A stretch of 64,000 bases of DNA from contig OZ076413.1 in the NCBI GenBank assembly GCA_964187785.1, forward strand, positions 63,178,001 through 63,242,000, in the 5' to 3' direction. Below, piece after piece: positions 12,701 through 27,700 of the stretch. The stretch's first letter is position 1. Every line of letters starts with the position of its first letter. This stretch comes from Amphiscolops sp. MND2022 (lineage: Eukaryota). Under the pieces are notes generated by a model, which did not search any database, was not told the origin of the DNA, and saw only the letters and a list, made by a program, of their open reading frames with translations. The position numbers were made by a program, and so were the translations under genes.

Positions 12701-15700
12701 AATCAAATTGCTGAAAGTATCAAACGCAGGAATTTTAATATGATTTTTCAGTTGATTGCGTTTGCAAGTTGACGATAGTTCCGACGGAACTTCGATCAGC
12801 AGCGTCTGTCGACGATTTTTTTTGAAATCTCTGCCATCAATCGTTCCAAAAACAGTCTCAAAATCTAAGACACTCCCTGGGTCTGATTCCTGTGTTACCA
12901 TTTTCTCCATGTTTACGTAGCCGACGCGAAGCATGAAATCTGTCAACGGTAAATTGTTTCGTTCTATCTTGTGTGCGAGACTTTGCGTGCTCTCAATGGG
13001 CGCTGAAAAGTGTCTTGTTCGCTCTCTTCTCTTCGCGTTCGGAAGCTGGGGGAACGAGTTCCTATGTCACCGAAAAAAGTGTTTACGATTGAAAGCCGAT
13101 ACCTTTGTTAGTTCACTTCGAGATCCTTCTCCACGACTTCTTGAACTGCAAATCCCTCTCGAGAATATTCAATGTTAGCTTCAAAGGGTGCCCTAACGAA
13201 AGAAATAAACCGAGTGTTGACAGTGTTTGGTTCAGACGTGCACTTCTTTTGTCGGAAAAGTCGTTAACGCCCTCATGGATCTCTCTCGTTGACAATCCAG
13301 AGAAAAAACTTTGAGTCCAGCAGTAACGCAGCCGGGAAATGAAATAACTTCAATGAAGACAGCTGTCAGAGAAGGTGGTCAATGGAAGGTAATCAAACGC
13401 TTTGAAGACTGGAAACGAGTGGGACCTCGTAATCTCTGGCAAGTACATTTTTCGAAATCTCTGTTGTAAGTGAAAGGTCTCCAGTGAAAGGAAGTTTGTG
13501 ACTCCGCATTTCTCCAACATCGATGAATTTCTTGATAAATCGCGATCTCCTGTTGCCAGAAACTTCCAAGTGAAGTGAGTGCAGAAGCTCTTCTATTGGA
13601 TTCAGCAGATGCTTATTTCTGTTGTCTTAATAATATCTGAAAGTTTTTTCTGAGTGGGGAAAAGAAGAACGAATAAGTCTATTCAGGTGTGACGACTGTG
13701 TCGTTGAACTTTCTTACAATTGTCGCGTAGAACTTTCATAAGTGAAGGCGGACGCTGAATTTAGAGATTAAATTTTGAAAAGCTCGCTAACAGTGTAAAA
13801 AAGTTGGAAAAGTAGAGTGAAGAAATATTAAAAACGAAATATCATGCCAAATCATGATTCACAGTTTTGGTCGAGCTGAATGGCATAAGAAACTTGAATA
13901 ACAGCAATGAGTTTGTGATTGATTCACTAGTTTCAGTCGCCCTTCAAAAAGGGTGTATACTGTGAACCTGTACAGGAGAGGTTGGTCCTGTACTCGTCGG
14001 CAGGTCTCTAATCGGTGAATAGCGTTGTTTGAGGATTATTTACGAGAGAAGCATGTCCCCTGTGAGTAAACAAGGCTTCACTGTTTTTGGTGTTTCTTGC
14101 CGGGAAAGTCGCGATGTTATGGTCATTAAACATCACTTCTCCACTACCACGAATCCCCCGCGGTGACATCTGTTGCTGGGAGTAACTTAGGAGGCTGGTC
14201 GACTCTTCGAGAGCCCACCTCGTAAAGTTCATGCTCTCCGCCTGGATTTCTGTACTATTGCCGCCGCTCTGTTCTTGACATCAATTGTTCAAATTTGTCC
14301 CATGCCTCTTCCTATATGAAAAACTTGTTTCATTAGTCCTGGTTTCCCACTTCCGCAGATGAGTTATAATTTCCGCATGTCATTTTCGGTTTTTCCCCGG
14401 AATACATTCATCTTCCTCGTCACCGAAAACAAGTTCCTGGTATTCCTTTTATTACCACCTTCAAGTGATTTCGAGACTTCTTCAAGAGCCCAAGAAATGT
14501 TTAGTTTGCTCATTTCGTTTTTTTATCCTGCATCGTCCGTATATTTCTCGATTAGCTCCAAGTTAGACGTCATACTCTTGGACACGAAGATGTTTGGTGG
14601 CCTAATTTTGAAGCTGATTTCTTCCGCCACACTGTAGAGCAAGCTTTTTGGTATTGGAATTTTCATCTTTCCAATACTTGTCATCGTGCCTTATTCGCAT
14701 CAATGTGTTGTCGCTTCTCAAGTAACATATTGAAAATCATCGGGCAGCTTGAGTTCTTCGGCTTCTCGCTGACGCTGTTGACGGCTCCTTTCGAAAGTCT
14801 GAGCGCATCTAACTAACCTTTGAAGGCATTCTCCGTCACTATTTGGTACTGTTTCCTGGTTAGCTTCCTGATCTATTTCTCATCTTTCCTGGAATTCATC
14901 TGTTGAGTTTGTTACATGGTATATATCCATCCCAATTTTACTAACGTTTGTGATCTTAATGTGTCTAACCGAATTTTTTGCTCAGCCACTAATACAGAAG
15001 AAGCATCTCGTTCCGAAACCACACTTCAACATCGTCTCAGATATTCTTTCAAGCTTTCCAATCATGTGCTCACGTTTTTCAAGTAGGTTTCTTTGAACAT
15101 TATCTCTGGGAAAGTTTGGAATTTCAAATATTCGGAATACGTGATATTCCGAGGGAAAAGAGTTCCCAGTTTCATTTGAAACAGACGAAAACACTTGTTT
15201 TCGACTCCACCCAAAAATCTGAACATCCGTGGAAATAGCCTCTCTAAAAAACAGTTGCGCTTCCATTACTCCGCAATTTTAAAAACCTCCCGAATGAAAT
15301 TGGTTGACTCGGAAATTAGACAAGATTTTCACGTCATTGATGCCAACTTTTAATGACAGCTCAAAAGTAAATCAATATTTTGCTAATGGTTGACGTTGAA
15401 ACAGCAATATATTGAAACCCATCGGAGCAGAAGCGAGTTTGTAACAATGTCAACTCTTTGAGAGCTTCTCGCGTGAAGTTTCATGACTCCTCTTTAATTT
15501 TTGTAGAGTTGTCCAGCCGTTGCTCTATCTTCGATTTCATTCACGGAAGCTTGACACATTATTCCTGCTCTACAAAAAAACCTACCAATGTTTCATTTGT
15601 CTATAGTCTAGTATAATAAATGAACAAGTAAATAAGTCTGGTATCTATCTCTGAATAAGTGTGTCTTAATAATATCCGAAAGTTTTTTCTGAGTGGTGAA

Positions 15701-18700
15701 AAGAACAACGAATAAGTCTATTCAGGTGTGACGACTGTGTCTTTTAACATTCTTACGATTGCCCCGTGAAACTTTCATAAGAGAAGGCGGACGCTGAATT
15801 TAGAGATTAAATTTTCAAAAAAATCCCTAACGGTTGACACAAAGTGGGAAAAGTAAAGTGAAGAAATATTAAAAACGAAACATCATGCCAAAACATGATA
15901 ACAGTTTTGGTCGAGCTGAATGGCATAAGAAACTTGAATAACAGCAATGAGTTTGTCATTGATTCACTAGTTCCAGTGGCTCTTCACAAAGGGTGTATAC
16001 TGTGAACTTGTACAGCATAGGTTGGTCCTGTACTCGTCAGCAGGTCTCATATCGGTGAATAACGTTAATTGTGGACCAATTCCGAGAGAAGCAAGTTCCC
16101 TGTGAGTAAACAAGGCTTCAATCTTTTTGATAGTTCTTGCCGGCAAAGTCGCGATGTTGAGGTGATTAAACATCACTTCTCCTCTACCACGAATCCCCTG
16201 CGGTGACATCTGTTGCTGGGAGTAACTTAGGAGGCCTGTAAACTCTTTGAGACCCCGTAAACTTCATGCTCTTCTCCTGGATTTCTGTACTATTGCCGCC
16301 GCTCTGTTCTTGACATCAATTGTTCAACTTTGTCCCATGCCTCTTCCTATACGAAAAACTTGTTTCATTAGTCCTGGTTTCCCACTTCCGCAGATGAGTT
16401 ATAATTTCCGCATGTCATTTCCGGTTTTTCCCCGGAATAGCTTCTTCTTCTTCGTCACCGAAAACAAATTCCTGGTATTCCTTTATATTACCACCTTCAA
16501 GTGATTTCGAGACTTCTTCAAGAGCCAAAGAAATGTTCAGTTTGCTCATTTCGTTTTTTTTATTCTGCATCGTCCATATATTTCTCGATTAGCTCCAAGT
16601 GAGACGTCATACTCTTGGACATGAAGATGCTTGGTGGCACAATTTTGAAGCTGATTTCTTCGGCCACACCGTAGAGCAAGCTTTTTGGTATTGAAATTTT
16701 CATCTTTCCAATACTTGTCATCGTGCCTTATTCGCATCAATGTGTTGTCGCTTCTCAAGTAACATATTGAAAATCATCGGGCAACTTGAATTCTTCGGCT
16801 TCTCGCTGACGCTGTTGACGCCTCCTTTCGAAAGTCTGAGCGCATCTAACTAACCTTTGAAGACATTCTCCGTCACTATTTGGTACTTTTTCCTGGTTAG
16901 CTTTTGATCTATTTCTGATCTTTCCTGGAATTCATCGGTTGAGTTTTACATGGTATATATCCATCCCAATTTTACTAACGTTTGTGATCTTAATGTGTCT
17001 AACCGAATTTTTTGCTCAGCCACTAATACAGAAGAAGCATCTCGTTCCGAAACTACACTTCGACATAGTCTCAGATATTCTTCCAAGCTTTCCAATCATG
17101 TGCCCACGTTTTTCAAGTAGGTTTCTTTGAACATTATCTCTGGGAAAGTTTGAAATTTCAAATATGCGGAATACGTGATATTCCGAGGGAAGAGAGTGCC
17201 CAGTTTTATTTGAAACAGACGGGTTCGACTTCACCCAAAAATCTGAACATCCGTGGAAATAGCCTCTCTAAAAAACAGTTGCGCTTCTATTATTCCGCAA
17301 TTTTAAAAACCTCCCGAATGAAATTGGTTGACTTGGAAATTAGACAAGATTTTCACGTCATTGATGCCAAATTTTAATGACAGCTCAAGAGTAAATTAAT
17401 ATTTTGCTAATGGTTGACGTTAAAACAGCAATATTTTGAAACCCATCGGAGCAGAAGCGAGTTTATAACAATGTCAACTCTTTGAGAGCTTCTCGCGTGA
17501 AGTTTCATGACTCCTCTCTAATTTTTGTAGAGTTGTCCAGCCGTTGCTCTATCTTTGATTTCATTCACGGAAGCTTGACACATTATTCCTGCTCTACAAA
17601 AAGCCTACCAATGTTTCATTTGTCTGTAGTCTAGTATAATAAATGAATAAGTAAATAAGTCTGGTATCTATCTCTGAATAAGTGTGTCTTAATAATATCC
17701 GAAAGTTTTTTCTGAGTGGTGAAAAGAACAACGAATAAGTCTATTCAGGTGTGACGACTGTGTCTTTGAACATTCTTACAATTGCCCCGTAAAACTTTCA
17801 TAAGAGAAAGCGGACGCTGAATTTAGAGATTAAATTTTCAAAAAAATCCCTAACGGCTGACACAAGGTGGGAAAAGTAAAGTGAAGAAATATTAAAAACG
17901 AAATATCGTGCCAAAACATGATAACAGTTTTGGTCGAGCTGAATGGCATAAGAAACTTGAATAACAGCAATGAGTTTGTGATTGATTCACTAGTTTCAGT
18001 GGCTCTTCACAAAGGGTGTATACTGTGAACTTGTACAGCATAGGTTGGTCCTGTACTCGTCAGCAGGTCTCATATCGGTGAATAACGTTATTTGTGGACC
18101 AATTCCGAGAGAAGCAAATTCCCTGTGAGTAAACAAGGCTTCAATTTTTTGATAGTTCTTGCCGGCAAAGTCGCGATGTTGAGGTGATTAAACATCACTT
18201 CTCCTCTACCACGAATCCCCTGCGGTGACATCTGTTGCTGGGAGTAACTTAGGAGGCCTGTAAACTCTTTGAGACCCCACCTCGTAAACTTCATGCTCTT
18301 CTCCTGGATTTCTGTACTATTGCCGCCGCTCTGTTCTTGACATCAATTGTTCAAATTTGTCCCATGCCTCTTCCTATACTAAAAACTTGTTTCATTAGTC
18401 CTGGTTTCCCACTTCCGCAGATGAGTTATATTTTCCGCATGTCATTTTCGGTTTTTCCCCGGAATACATTCATCTTCCTCGTCACCGAAAACAAGTTCCT
18501 GGTATTCCTCTTATTACCACCTTCAAGTGATTTCGAGACTTCTTCAAGAGCCAAAGAAATGTTTAGTTTGCTCATTTCGTTTTTTTTATTCTGCATCGTT
18601 CATATATTTCTCGATTAGCTCCAAGTGAGACGTCATACTCTTGGACATGAAGATGCTTGGTGGCACAATTTTGAAGCTGATTTCTTCGGCAACACTGTAG

Positions 18701-21700
18701 AGCAAGCTTTTTGGTATTGGAATTTTCATCTTTCCAATACTTGTCATCGTGCCTTATTCGCATCAATGTGTTGTCGCTTCTTAAGTAACATATTGGAATT
18801 CATCGGGCAGCTTGAATTCTTCGGCTTCTCGCTGACGCTGTTGACGGCTCCTTTCGAAAGTCTGAGCACATCTAACTAACCTTTGAAGGCCTTCTCCGTC
18901 ACTATTTGGTACTGTTTCCTGGTTAGCTTCCTGATCTATTTCTGATCTTTCCTGGAATTCATCGGTTGAGTTTGTTACATGGTATATATCCATCCCAAGT
19001 CTACTAACGTTTGTGATCCTAATGTGTCTAACCGATTTTTTTGCTCAGCCACTAATACAGAAGAAGCCTCTCGTTCCGAAACCACACTTCGACGTCGTCT
19101 CAGATATTCTTCCAAGCTTTCCAATCATGTGCTCACGTTTTTCAAGTAGGTTTCTTTGAACATTTTCTCTGGGAAAGTTTTAAATTTCAAATATTCGGAA
19201 TACGTGATATTCCGAGGGAAGAGAGTGCCCAGTTTTATTCGAAACAGACGGGTTCGACTCCACCCAAAAATCTGAACATCCGTGGAAATAGCCTCTCTAA
19301 AAAACAGTTGCCCTTCCATTACTCCGCAATTTCAAAAACCTCCCGAATGAAATTGGTTGACTCGGAAATTAGACAAGATTTTCACGTCATTGATGCCAAA
19401 CTTTAATGACAGCTCAAGAGTAAATTAAAATTTTGCTAATGGTTGACGTTAAGACAGCAATATATTGAAACCCATCGGAGCAGAAGCGAGTTTGTAACAA
19501 TGTCAACTCTTCGAGAGCTTCTCGCGTGAAGTTTCATGACTCCTCTCTAATTTTTGTAGACTTGTCCAGCCGTTGCTCTATCTTTGATTTCATTCACGGC
19601 AGCTTGACACATTATTCCTGCTCTACAAAAAAACCTACCAATGTTTCATTTGTCTGTAGTCTAGTATAATAATTGAATAAGTAAATAAGTCTGGTATCTA
19701 TCTCTGAATAAGTGTGTCTTAATAATATCCGAAAGTTTTTTCTGAGTGGTGAAAAGAACAACGAATAAGTCTATTCAGGTGTGACGACTGTGTCTTTGAA
19801 CATTTTTACAATTGCCCCGTAAAACTTTCATAAGAGAAGGCGGACGCTGAATTTAGAGATTAAATTTTCAAAAAAAATCCCTAACGGTTGACACAAAGTG
19901 GGAAAAGTGAAGTGAAGAAATATTAAAAACGAAATATCATGCCAAAACATGATAACAGTTTTGGTCGAGCTGAATGGTATAAGAAACTTGAATAACAGCA
20001 ATGAGTTTGTGATTGATTCACTAGTTTCAGTGGCTCTTCACAAAGGGTGTATACTGTGAACTTGTACAGCATAGGTTGTTCCTGTATTCGTCAGCAGGTC
20101 TCATATCGGTGAATAACGTTATTTGTGGACCAATTCCGAGAGAAGCAAGTTCCCTGTGAGTAAACAAGGCTTCAATCTTTCTGATAGTTCTTGCCGGCAA
20201 AGTCGCGATGTTGAGGTGATTAAACATCACTTCTCCTCTATCACGAATCCCCTGCGGTGACATCTGTTGCTGGGAGTAACTTAGGAGGCCTGTAAACTCT
20301 TTGAGACCCCACCTCGTAAACTTCATGCTCTCCTCCTGGATTTCTGTACTATTGCCGCCGCTCTGTTCTTGACATCAAATGTTCAAATTTGTCCCATGCC
20401 TCTTCCTATACGAAAAACTTGTTTCATTAGTCCTGGTTTCCCACTTCCGCAGATGAGTTATAATTTCCGCATGTCATTTTCGGTTTTTGCCCGGGATAGC
20501 TTCATCTTCCTCGTCACCGAAAACAAGTTCCTGGTAATACTTTTATTACCACCTTCAAGTGATTTCGAGACTTCTTCAAGAGCCAAAGAAATGTTTAGTT
20601 TGCTCATTTCGTTTTTTTATTCTACATCGTCCATATATTTCTCGCTTAGCTCCAAGTGAGACGTCATACTCTTGGACATGAAGATGCTTGGTGGCACAAT
20701 TTTGAAGCTGATTTCTTCGGCAACACTGTAGAGCAAGCTTTTTGGTATTGGAATTTTCATCTTTCCAATACTTGTCATCGTGCCTTATTCGCATCAATGT
20801 GTTGTCGCTTCTTAAGTAACATATTGGAATTCATCGGGCAGCTTGAATTCTTCGGCTTCTCGCTGACGCTGTTGACGGCTCCTTTCGGAAGTCTGAGCAC
20901 ATCTAACTAACCTTTGAAGGCCTTCTCCGTCACTATTTGGTACTGTTTCCTGGTTAGCTTCCTGATCTATTTCTGATCTTTCCTGGAATTCATCGGTTGA
21001 GTTTGTTACCTTGTATATATCCATCCCAAGTCTACTAACGTTTGTGATCCTAATGTGTCTAACCGATTTTTTTGCTCAGCCACTAATACAGAAGAAGCCT
21101 CTCGTTCCGAAACCACATTTCGACGTCGTCTTAGATATTCTTCCAAGCTTTCCAATCATGTGCTCACGTTTTTCAAGTAGGTTTCTTTGAACATTTTCTC
21201 TGGGAAAGTTTGAAATTTCAAATAGTCGGAATACGTGATATTCCGAGGGAAGAGAGTGCCCAGTTTCATTTGAAACAGACGGGTTCGACTCCACCCAAAA
21301 ATTTGAACATCCGTGGAAATAGCCTCGCTAAAAAACAGTTGCGCTTCCATTATTCCGCAATTTTAAAAACCTCCCGAATGAAATTGGTTGACTTGGAAAT
21401 TAGACAAGATTTTCACGTCATTGATGCCAAATTTTAATGACAGCTCAAGAGTAAATGAATATTTTGCTAATGGTTGACGTTAAAACAGCAATATATTGAA
21501 ACCCATCGGAGCAGAGCGAGTTTGTAACAATGTCAACTCTTTGAGAGCTTCTCGTGTGAAGTTTCATGACTCCTCTCTAATTTTTGTAGACTTGTCCAGC
21601 CGTTGCTCTATCTTTGATTTCATTCACGGAAGCTTGACACATTGTTCCTGCTCTACAAAAAACCTACCAATGTTTCATTTGTCTGTAGTCTAGTATAATA

Positions 21701-24700
21701 AATGAATAAGTAAATAAGTCTGGTATCTATCTCTGAATAAGTGTGTCCTAATAATATCCGAAAGTTTTTTCTGAGTGGTGAAAAGAACAACGAATAAGTC
21801 TATTCAGGTGTGACGACTGTCTTTGAACATTCTTACAATTGCCCCGTAAAACTTTCATAAGAGAAGGCGGACGCTGAATTTAGAGATTAAATTTTCAAAA
21901 AAATCCCCAACGGTTGACACAAAGTGGGAAAAGTGAAGTGAAGAAATATTAAAAACGAAATATCATGCCAAAACATGATAACAGTTTTGGTCGAGCTGAA
22001 TGGCATAAGAAATTTGAATAACAGCAATGAGTTTGTGATTGATTCACTAGTTTCAGTGGCTCTTCACAAAGGGTGTATACTGTGAACTTGTACAGCATAG
22101 GTTGGTCCTGTACTCGTCAACAGGTCTCATATCGGTGAATAACGTTATTTGTGGACCAATTCCGAGAGAAGCAAATTCCCTGTGAGTAAACAAGGCTTCA
22201 ATCTTTTTGATAGTTCTTGCCGCAAAGTCGCGATGTTGAGGTGATAAACATCAACTCTCCACTACCACGAATCCCCTGCGATGACATCTGTTGCTGGGAG
22301 TGACTTAGGAGGCCTGTAAACTCTTTGAGACCCCACCTCGTATACTTCATGCTCTCCTCCTGGATTTCTGTACTATTGCCGCCGCTCTGTTCTTGACATC
22401 AAATGTTCAAATTTGTCACACGACTCATCCTATACGAAAAACTTGTTACATTAGTCCTGGTTTTCCACTTCCATAGATGAGTGATAATTTCCGCATGTCA
22501 TCTTCGGTTTTCCGCCGGAATAGCTTCATCTTCCTCGTCACCAGAAAACAAGTTCCTGATATTCCTTTTATTGCCACCTTCAAGTGATTCCGAGACTTCA
22601 AGAGCTGAAGAAATGTTTAGTTTGCTCATTTCGTTTTTCTTTCACTGCAGCGTCCAGATATTTATCGATTAGTTCCAAGTGAGACGTCATACTCTTGTAC
22701 ACGAAGAACCTTGGTGGCACAATTTTGAAGCTGATTTCTTTCTCCACACTCTAGAGCAAGCTTTTTGGTATTGGAATTTTCATCTTTCCAATACTTATCA
22801 TCGTGCCTTATTCGCATCAATGTGTTGTTACTTTTCAAGTATAAAAATTCAAAATCATCGCGCAGCTTTAAATCTTCGGCTTCTCGCTGACGCCGTTGAC
22901 GGCTCCTTTCGAAAGTCTGGGCGCATCTACCTAACCTTTGAAACGCCTCTCCGTCACTATTTGTTGCTTTTTTTTGGTTAGCTGCCTGATCTATTTCTGA
23001 TCTTTTCTGGAATTCATCTGTTGAGTTTGTTACATGGTATATATCCATCCCGATTTTACCAACGTTTGTGATTATAATTTGTCTAACCGAACCTTTTGCT
23101 TTGTCACTACTACAGAAGAAGCATTTCGTTCCGAAACCGCACTTCGACATCGTCTCAGATCTTTTTCCAAGCTTTCCAATCATATGCTGAAGTTTTTTCA
23201 AGTAGGTTTCTTCGAACCTTATCTCTGGGAAAGTTTGAAATTTAATATTTGAATTACGTGATATTCCGAGGGAAAACAGTGCCAAGTTTTATTTGAAACA
23301 AACGGGTTCAACTCCACCCAAAAATCTGAACATCCGTGGAAATAGCCTCTTTGAAAGCAGTTGCGCTTCCATTACTCTATATTTTTGAAAACCTCCCGAA
23401 TGAAAATGGTTGACTCGGAAATTAAACAAGGTTTTCACGTCCATTGATGCCAAGTTTTAATGACGTCTCAAGAGTAGAATAATATATTGCTAAAGAAGGT
23501 TGACGTTTAAACATTAACGTTACATTGAAACCCATCGGAGCAGAAGCGAGTTATCACGTAACCCTGTCAACTCTTTGAGAGATTCTCGCGTGAAGTTTCA
23601 GGACTCCTCTCTAATTTTTGTAGACTTGTCCAGCCGTTGCTCTATATTTAATTTTATTCACGGAAGCTTGACACATTAGTCCTGCTCTACAAAAAACCTA
23701 CCAATGTTTCATTTGTCTGTAGTCTAGTATAATAAATGAATAAGTAAATAAGTGTGGTATCTATCTCTGAATAAGTGTGTCTCAATAATATCCGAAAGTT
23801 TTTTCTGAGTGGTGAAAAGAACAACGAATAAGTCTATTCAGGTGTAGGTGTGACGACTGTGTCTTTGAACATTCTTACAATTGCCCCGTAAAACTTTCAT
23901 AAGAGAACGCGGACGCTGAATTTAGAGATTAAATTTTTAAAAAAAATCCCTAACGGTTGACACAAGGTGGGAAAAGTAAAGTGAAGAAAAATTAAAAACG
24001 AAATATCATGCCAAAAGATGATAACAGTTTTGGTCGAGCTGAATGGCATAAGAAACTTGAATAACAGCAATGAGTTTGTGATTGATTCACTAGTTTCAGT
24101 GGCTCTTCACAAAGGGTGTATACTGTGAACTTGTACAGCATAGGTTGGTCCTGTACTCGTCAGCAGGTCTCATATCGGTGAATAACGTTATTTGTGGGCC
24201 AATTCCGAGAGAAGCAAGTTCCCTGTGAGTAAACAAGGCTTCAATCTTTTTGATAGTTCTTGCCGGCAAAGTCGCGATGTTGAGGTGATTAAACATCACT
24301 TCTCCTCTACCACGAATCCCCTGCGGTGACATCTGTTGCTGGGAGTAACTTAGGAGGCCTGTAAACTCTTTGAGACCCCACCTCGTAAACTTCATGCTCT
24401 CCTCCTGGATTTCTGTACTATTGCCGCCGCTCTGTTCTTGACATCAAATGTTCAAATTTGTCCCATGCCTCTTCCTATACGAAAAACTTGTTTCATTAGT
24501 TCTGATTTCCCACTTCCGCAAATGAGTTATAATTTCCGCATGTCATTTTCGGTTTTTCCCCGGAATAGCTTCATCTTCCTCGTCACCGAAAACAACTTCC
24601 TGGTATTACTTTTATTACCACCTTCAAGTTATTTCGAGACTTCTTCAAGAGCCAAAGAAATGTTTAGTTTGCTCATTTCGTTTTTTTATTCTGCATCGTC

Positions 24701-27700
24701 CATATTTTTCCCGATTAGCTCCAAGTGAGATGTCATACTCTTGGACATGAAGATGCTTGGTGGCCTAATTTTGAAGCTGATTTCTTCGGCCACTGTAGAG
24801 CAAGCTTTTTGGTATTGGAATTTTCATCTTTCCAATACTTGTCATCGTGCCTTATTCGCATCAATGTGTTGTCGCTTCTTAAGTAACATATTGGAATTCA
24901 TCGGGCAGCTTGAATTCTTCGACTTCTCGCTGACGCCGTTGACGGCTCCTTTCGAAAGTCTGAGCACATCTAACTAACCTTTGAAGGCCTTCTCCGTCAC
25001 TATTTGGTACTGTTTCCTGGTTAGCTTCCTGATCTGTTTCTGATCTTTTCTGGAATTCGTCGGTTGAGTTTGTTACATGGTATATATCCATCCCAATTTT
25101 ACTAACGTTTGTGATCCTAATGTGTCTAACTGAATTTTTTGCTCAGCCACTAATACAGAAGCATCTCGTTCCGAAACCACACTTCGACGTCGTCTCAGAT
25201 ATTCTTCCAAGCTTTCCAATCATGTGCTCACGATTCCGAGGGAAGAGAGTGCCCAGTTTTATTTGAAACAGACGGGTTCGACTCCACCCAAAAAGCTGAA
25301 CATCAGTGGAAATAGCCTCTCTAAAAAACAGTTGCGCTTCCATTACTCCGCAATTTTAAAAACCTCCCGAATGAAATTGGTTGACTCGGAAATTAGCAAG
25401 ATTTTCACGTCATTGATGCCAAATTTTAATGACAGCTCAAGAGTAAATTAATATTTTGCTAATGGTTGACGTTAAAACAGCAATATATTCAAACCCATCG
25501 GAGCAGAAGCGAGTTTGTAACAATGTCAACTCTTTGAGAGCTTCTCGTGTCAAGTTTCATGGCTCCTCTCTAATTTTTGTAGACTTGTCCAGCTGTTGCT
25601 CTATCTTTGATTTCATTCACGGAAGCTTGACACATTATTCCTGCTCTACAAAAAAACCTACCAATGTTTCATTTGTCTGTAGTCTAGTATAATAAATGAA
25701 TATGTAAATAAGTCTGGTATCTATCTCTGAATAAGGGTGTCCTAATAATATCCGAAAGTTTTTTCTGAGTGGTGAAAAGAACAACGAATAAGTCTATTCA
25801 GGTGTTACGACTGTGTCTTTGAACATTCTTACAATTGCCCCGTAAAACTTTCATAAGAGAAGGCGGACGCTGAATTTAGAGTTTAAATTTTCAAAAAAAT
25901 CCCCAACGGTTGACACAAAGTGGGAAAAGTAAAGTGAAGAAATATTAAAAACAAAATATCATGCCAAAACATGATAACAGTTTTGGTCGAGCTGAATGGC
26001 ATAAGAAACTTGAATAACAGCAATGAGTTTGTGATTGATTCACTAGTTTCAGTGGCTCTTCACAAAGGGTGTATACTGTGAACTTGTACAGCATTGGTTG
26101 GTCCTGTACTCGTCAGCAGGTCTCATATCGGTGAATAACGTTAGTTGTGGACCAATTCCGAGAGAAGCAAGTTCCCTGTGAGTAAACAAGGCTTCAATCT
26201 TTTTGATAGTTCTTTCCGGCAAAGTCGCGATGTTGAGGTGATTAAACATCAACTCTCCACTACCACGAATCCCCTGCGGTGACATCTGTTGCTGGGAGTA
26301 ACTTAGGAGGCCTGTAAACTCTTTGAGACCCCACATCGTAAACTTCATGCTCTCCTCCTGGATTTCTGTACTATTGCCGCCGCTCTGTTCTTGACATCAA
26401 ATGTTCAAATTTGTCCCACGACTCTTCCTATACGAATACTTGTTACATTAGTCCTGGTTTTCCTCTTCCATAGATGAGTGATAATTTCCGCATGTCATCT
26501 TCGGTTTTTCGCCGGAATAGCTTCACCTTCCTCGTCACCGGAAAACAAGTTCCTGATATTCCTTTTATTTACAATGTGTTTACAATTGAAAGCCGATACT
26601 TTTGTTCGTTCACTTCGAGATCCTTCTCCACGACTTGCTGAACTGCAAATCCCTCTCGAGAATATTCGATGTTAGCTTCAAAGAATGCCCTAACGAAAGA
26701 AATAAACCCGAGTGTTGACAGTGTTTGGTTCAGACGTGCACTTCTTTTGACGGAAAAGTCGTTAACGCCCTCATGGATCTCTCCCTTTGACATTCCAGAG
26801 AAAAAACTTTGAGTCCAGCAATAACGCAGCCGGGAAAGGAAATAACTTCACTGAAGACAGCTGTCGGAGAAGGTGGTCAATGGAAGGTAATCAAACGCTT
26901 TGAAGATTGGAAACGAGTGGGACCTCGTAATCTCTGGCAAGTACATTTTTCGAAATCTGTTGTAAGTGAAAGGTCTCCAGTGAAAGTATGTTTGTGACTC
27001 CGTATTTCTCCAACATCGATGAATTTTTTGATAAATCGCCATCTACTGTTGCCAGAAACTTCCAAGTGAAATGCAGAAGCTCTTCTATTGGATTCAGCAG
27101 ATGCTTATTTCTATTGTCTTAATAATATCTGAAAGTTTTTCCTGAGTGGGGAAAAGAACAACGAATAAGTCTATTCAGTTGTGACGACTGTGTCGTTGAA
27201 CATTCTTACAATTGCCGCGTAAAAATTTCATAAGTGAAGGCGGACGCTGAATTTAGAGATTAAATTTTGAAAAGCTCCCTAACAGTGTAAAAAAAGTTGG
27301 AAAAGTAGAGTGAATAAATATTAAAAACGAAATATCATGCCAAAACATGATTCACAGTTTTGGTCGAGCTGAATGGCATAAGAAACTTGAATAACAGCAA
27401 TGAGTTTGTGATTGATTCACTAGTTTCAGTGGCCCTTCAAAAAGGGTGTGAACTGTGAACCTGTACAGTATAGGTTGGTCCTGTACTCGTCAGCAGGTCT
27501 CATATCGGAGAATAAGGTTATTTGAAGATCATTTCCGACAGAAGCAAGTTTCCTGTGAGTAAACAAGGCTTCAATGTTTTCGGTGGTTCTTGCCGGCAAA
27601 GTCGCGATGTTGAGGTCATTAAACATCACTTCTCCACTACCACGAATCCCCTTCGGTGACATCTGTTGCTGGGAGTAACTTAGGAGGCTGGTCGACTCTT

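Noticed and set aside
13100-13230. Minus-strand peptide [18 protein letters not shown] resembling the Ras/Rho beta2-beta3 segment
   Set aside because: No P-loop GxxxxGK(S/T), DxxG or NKxD in register; the similarity is too short.
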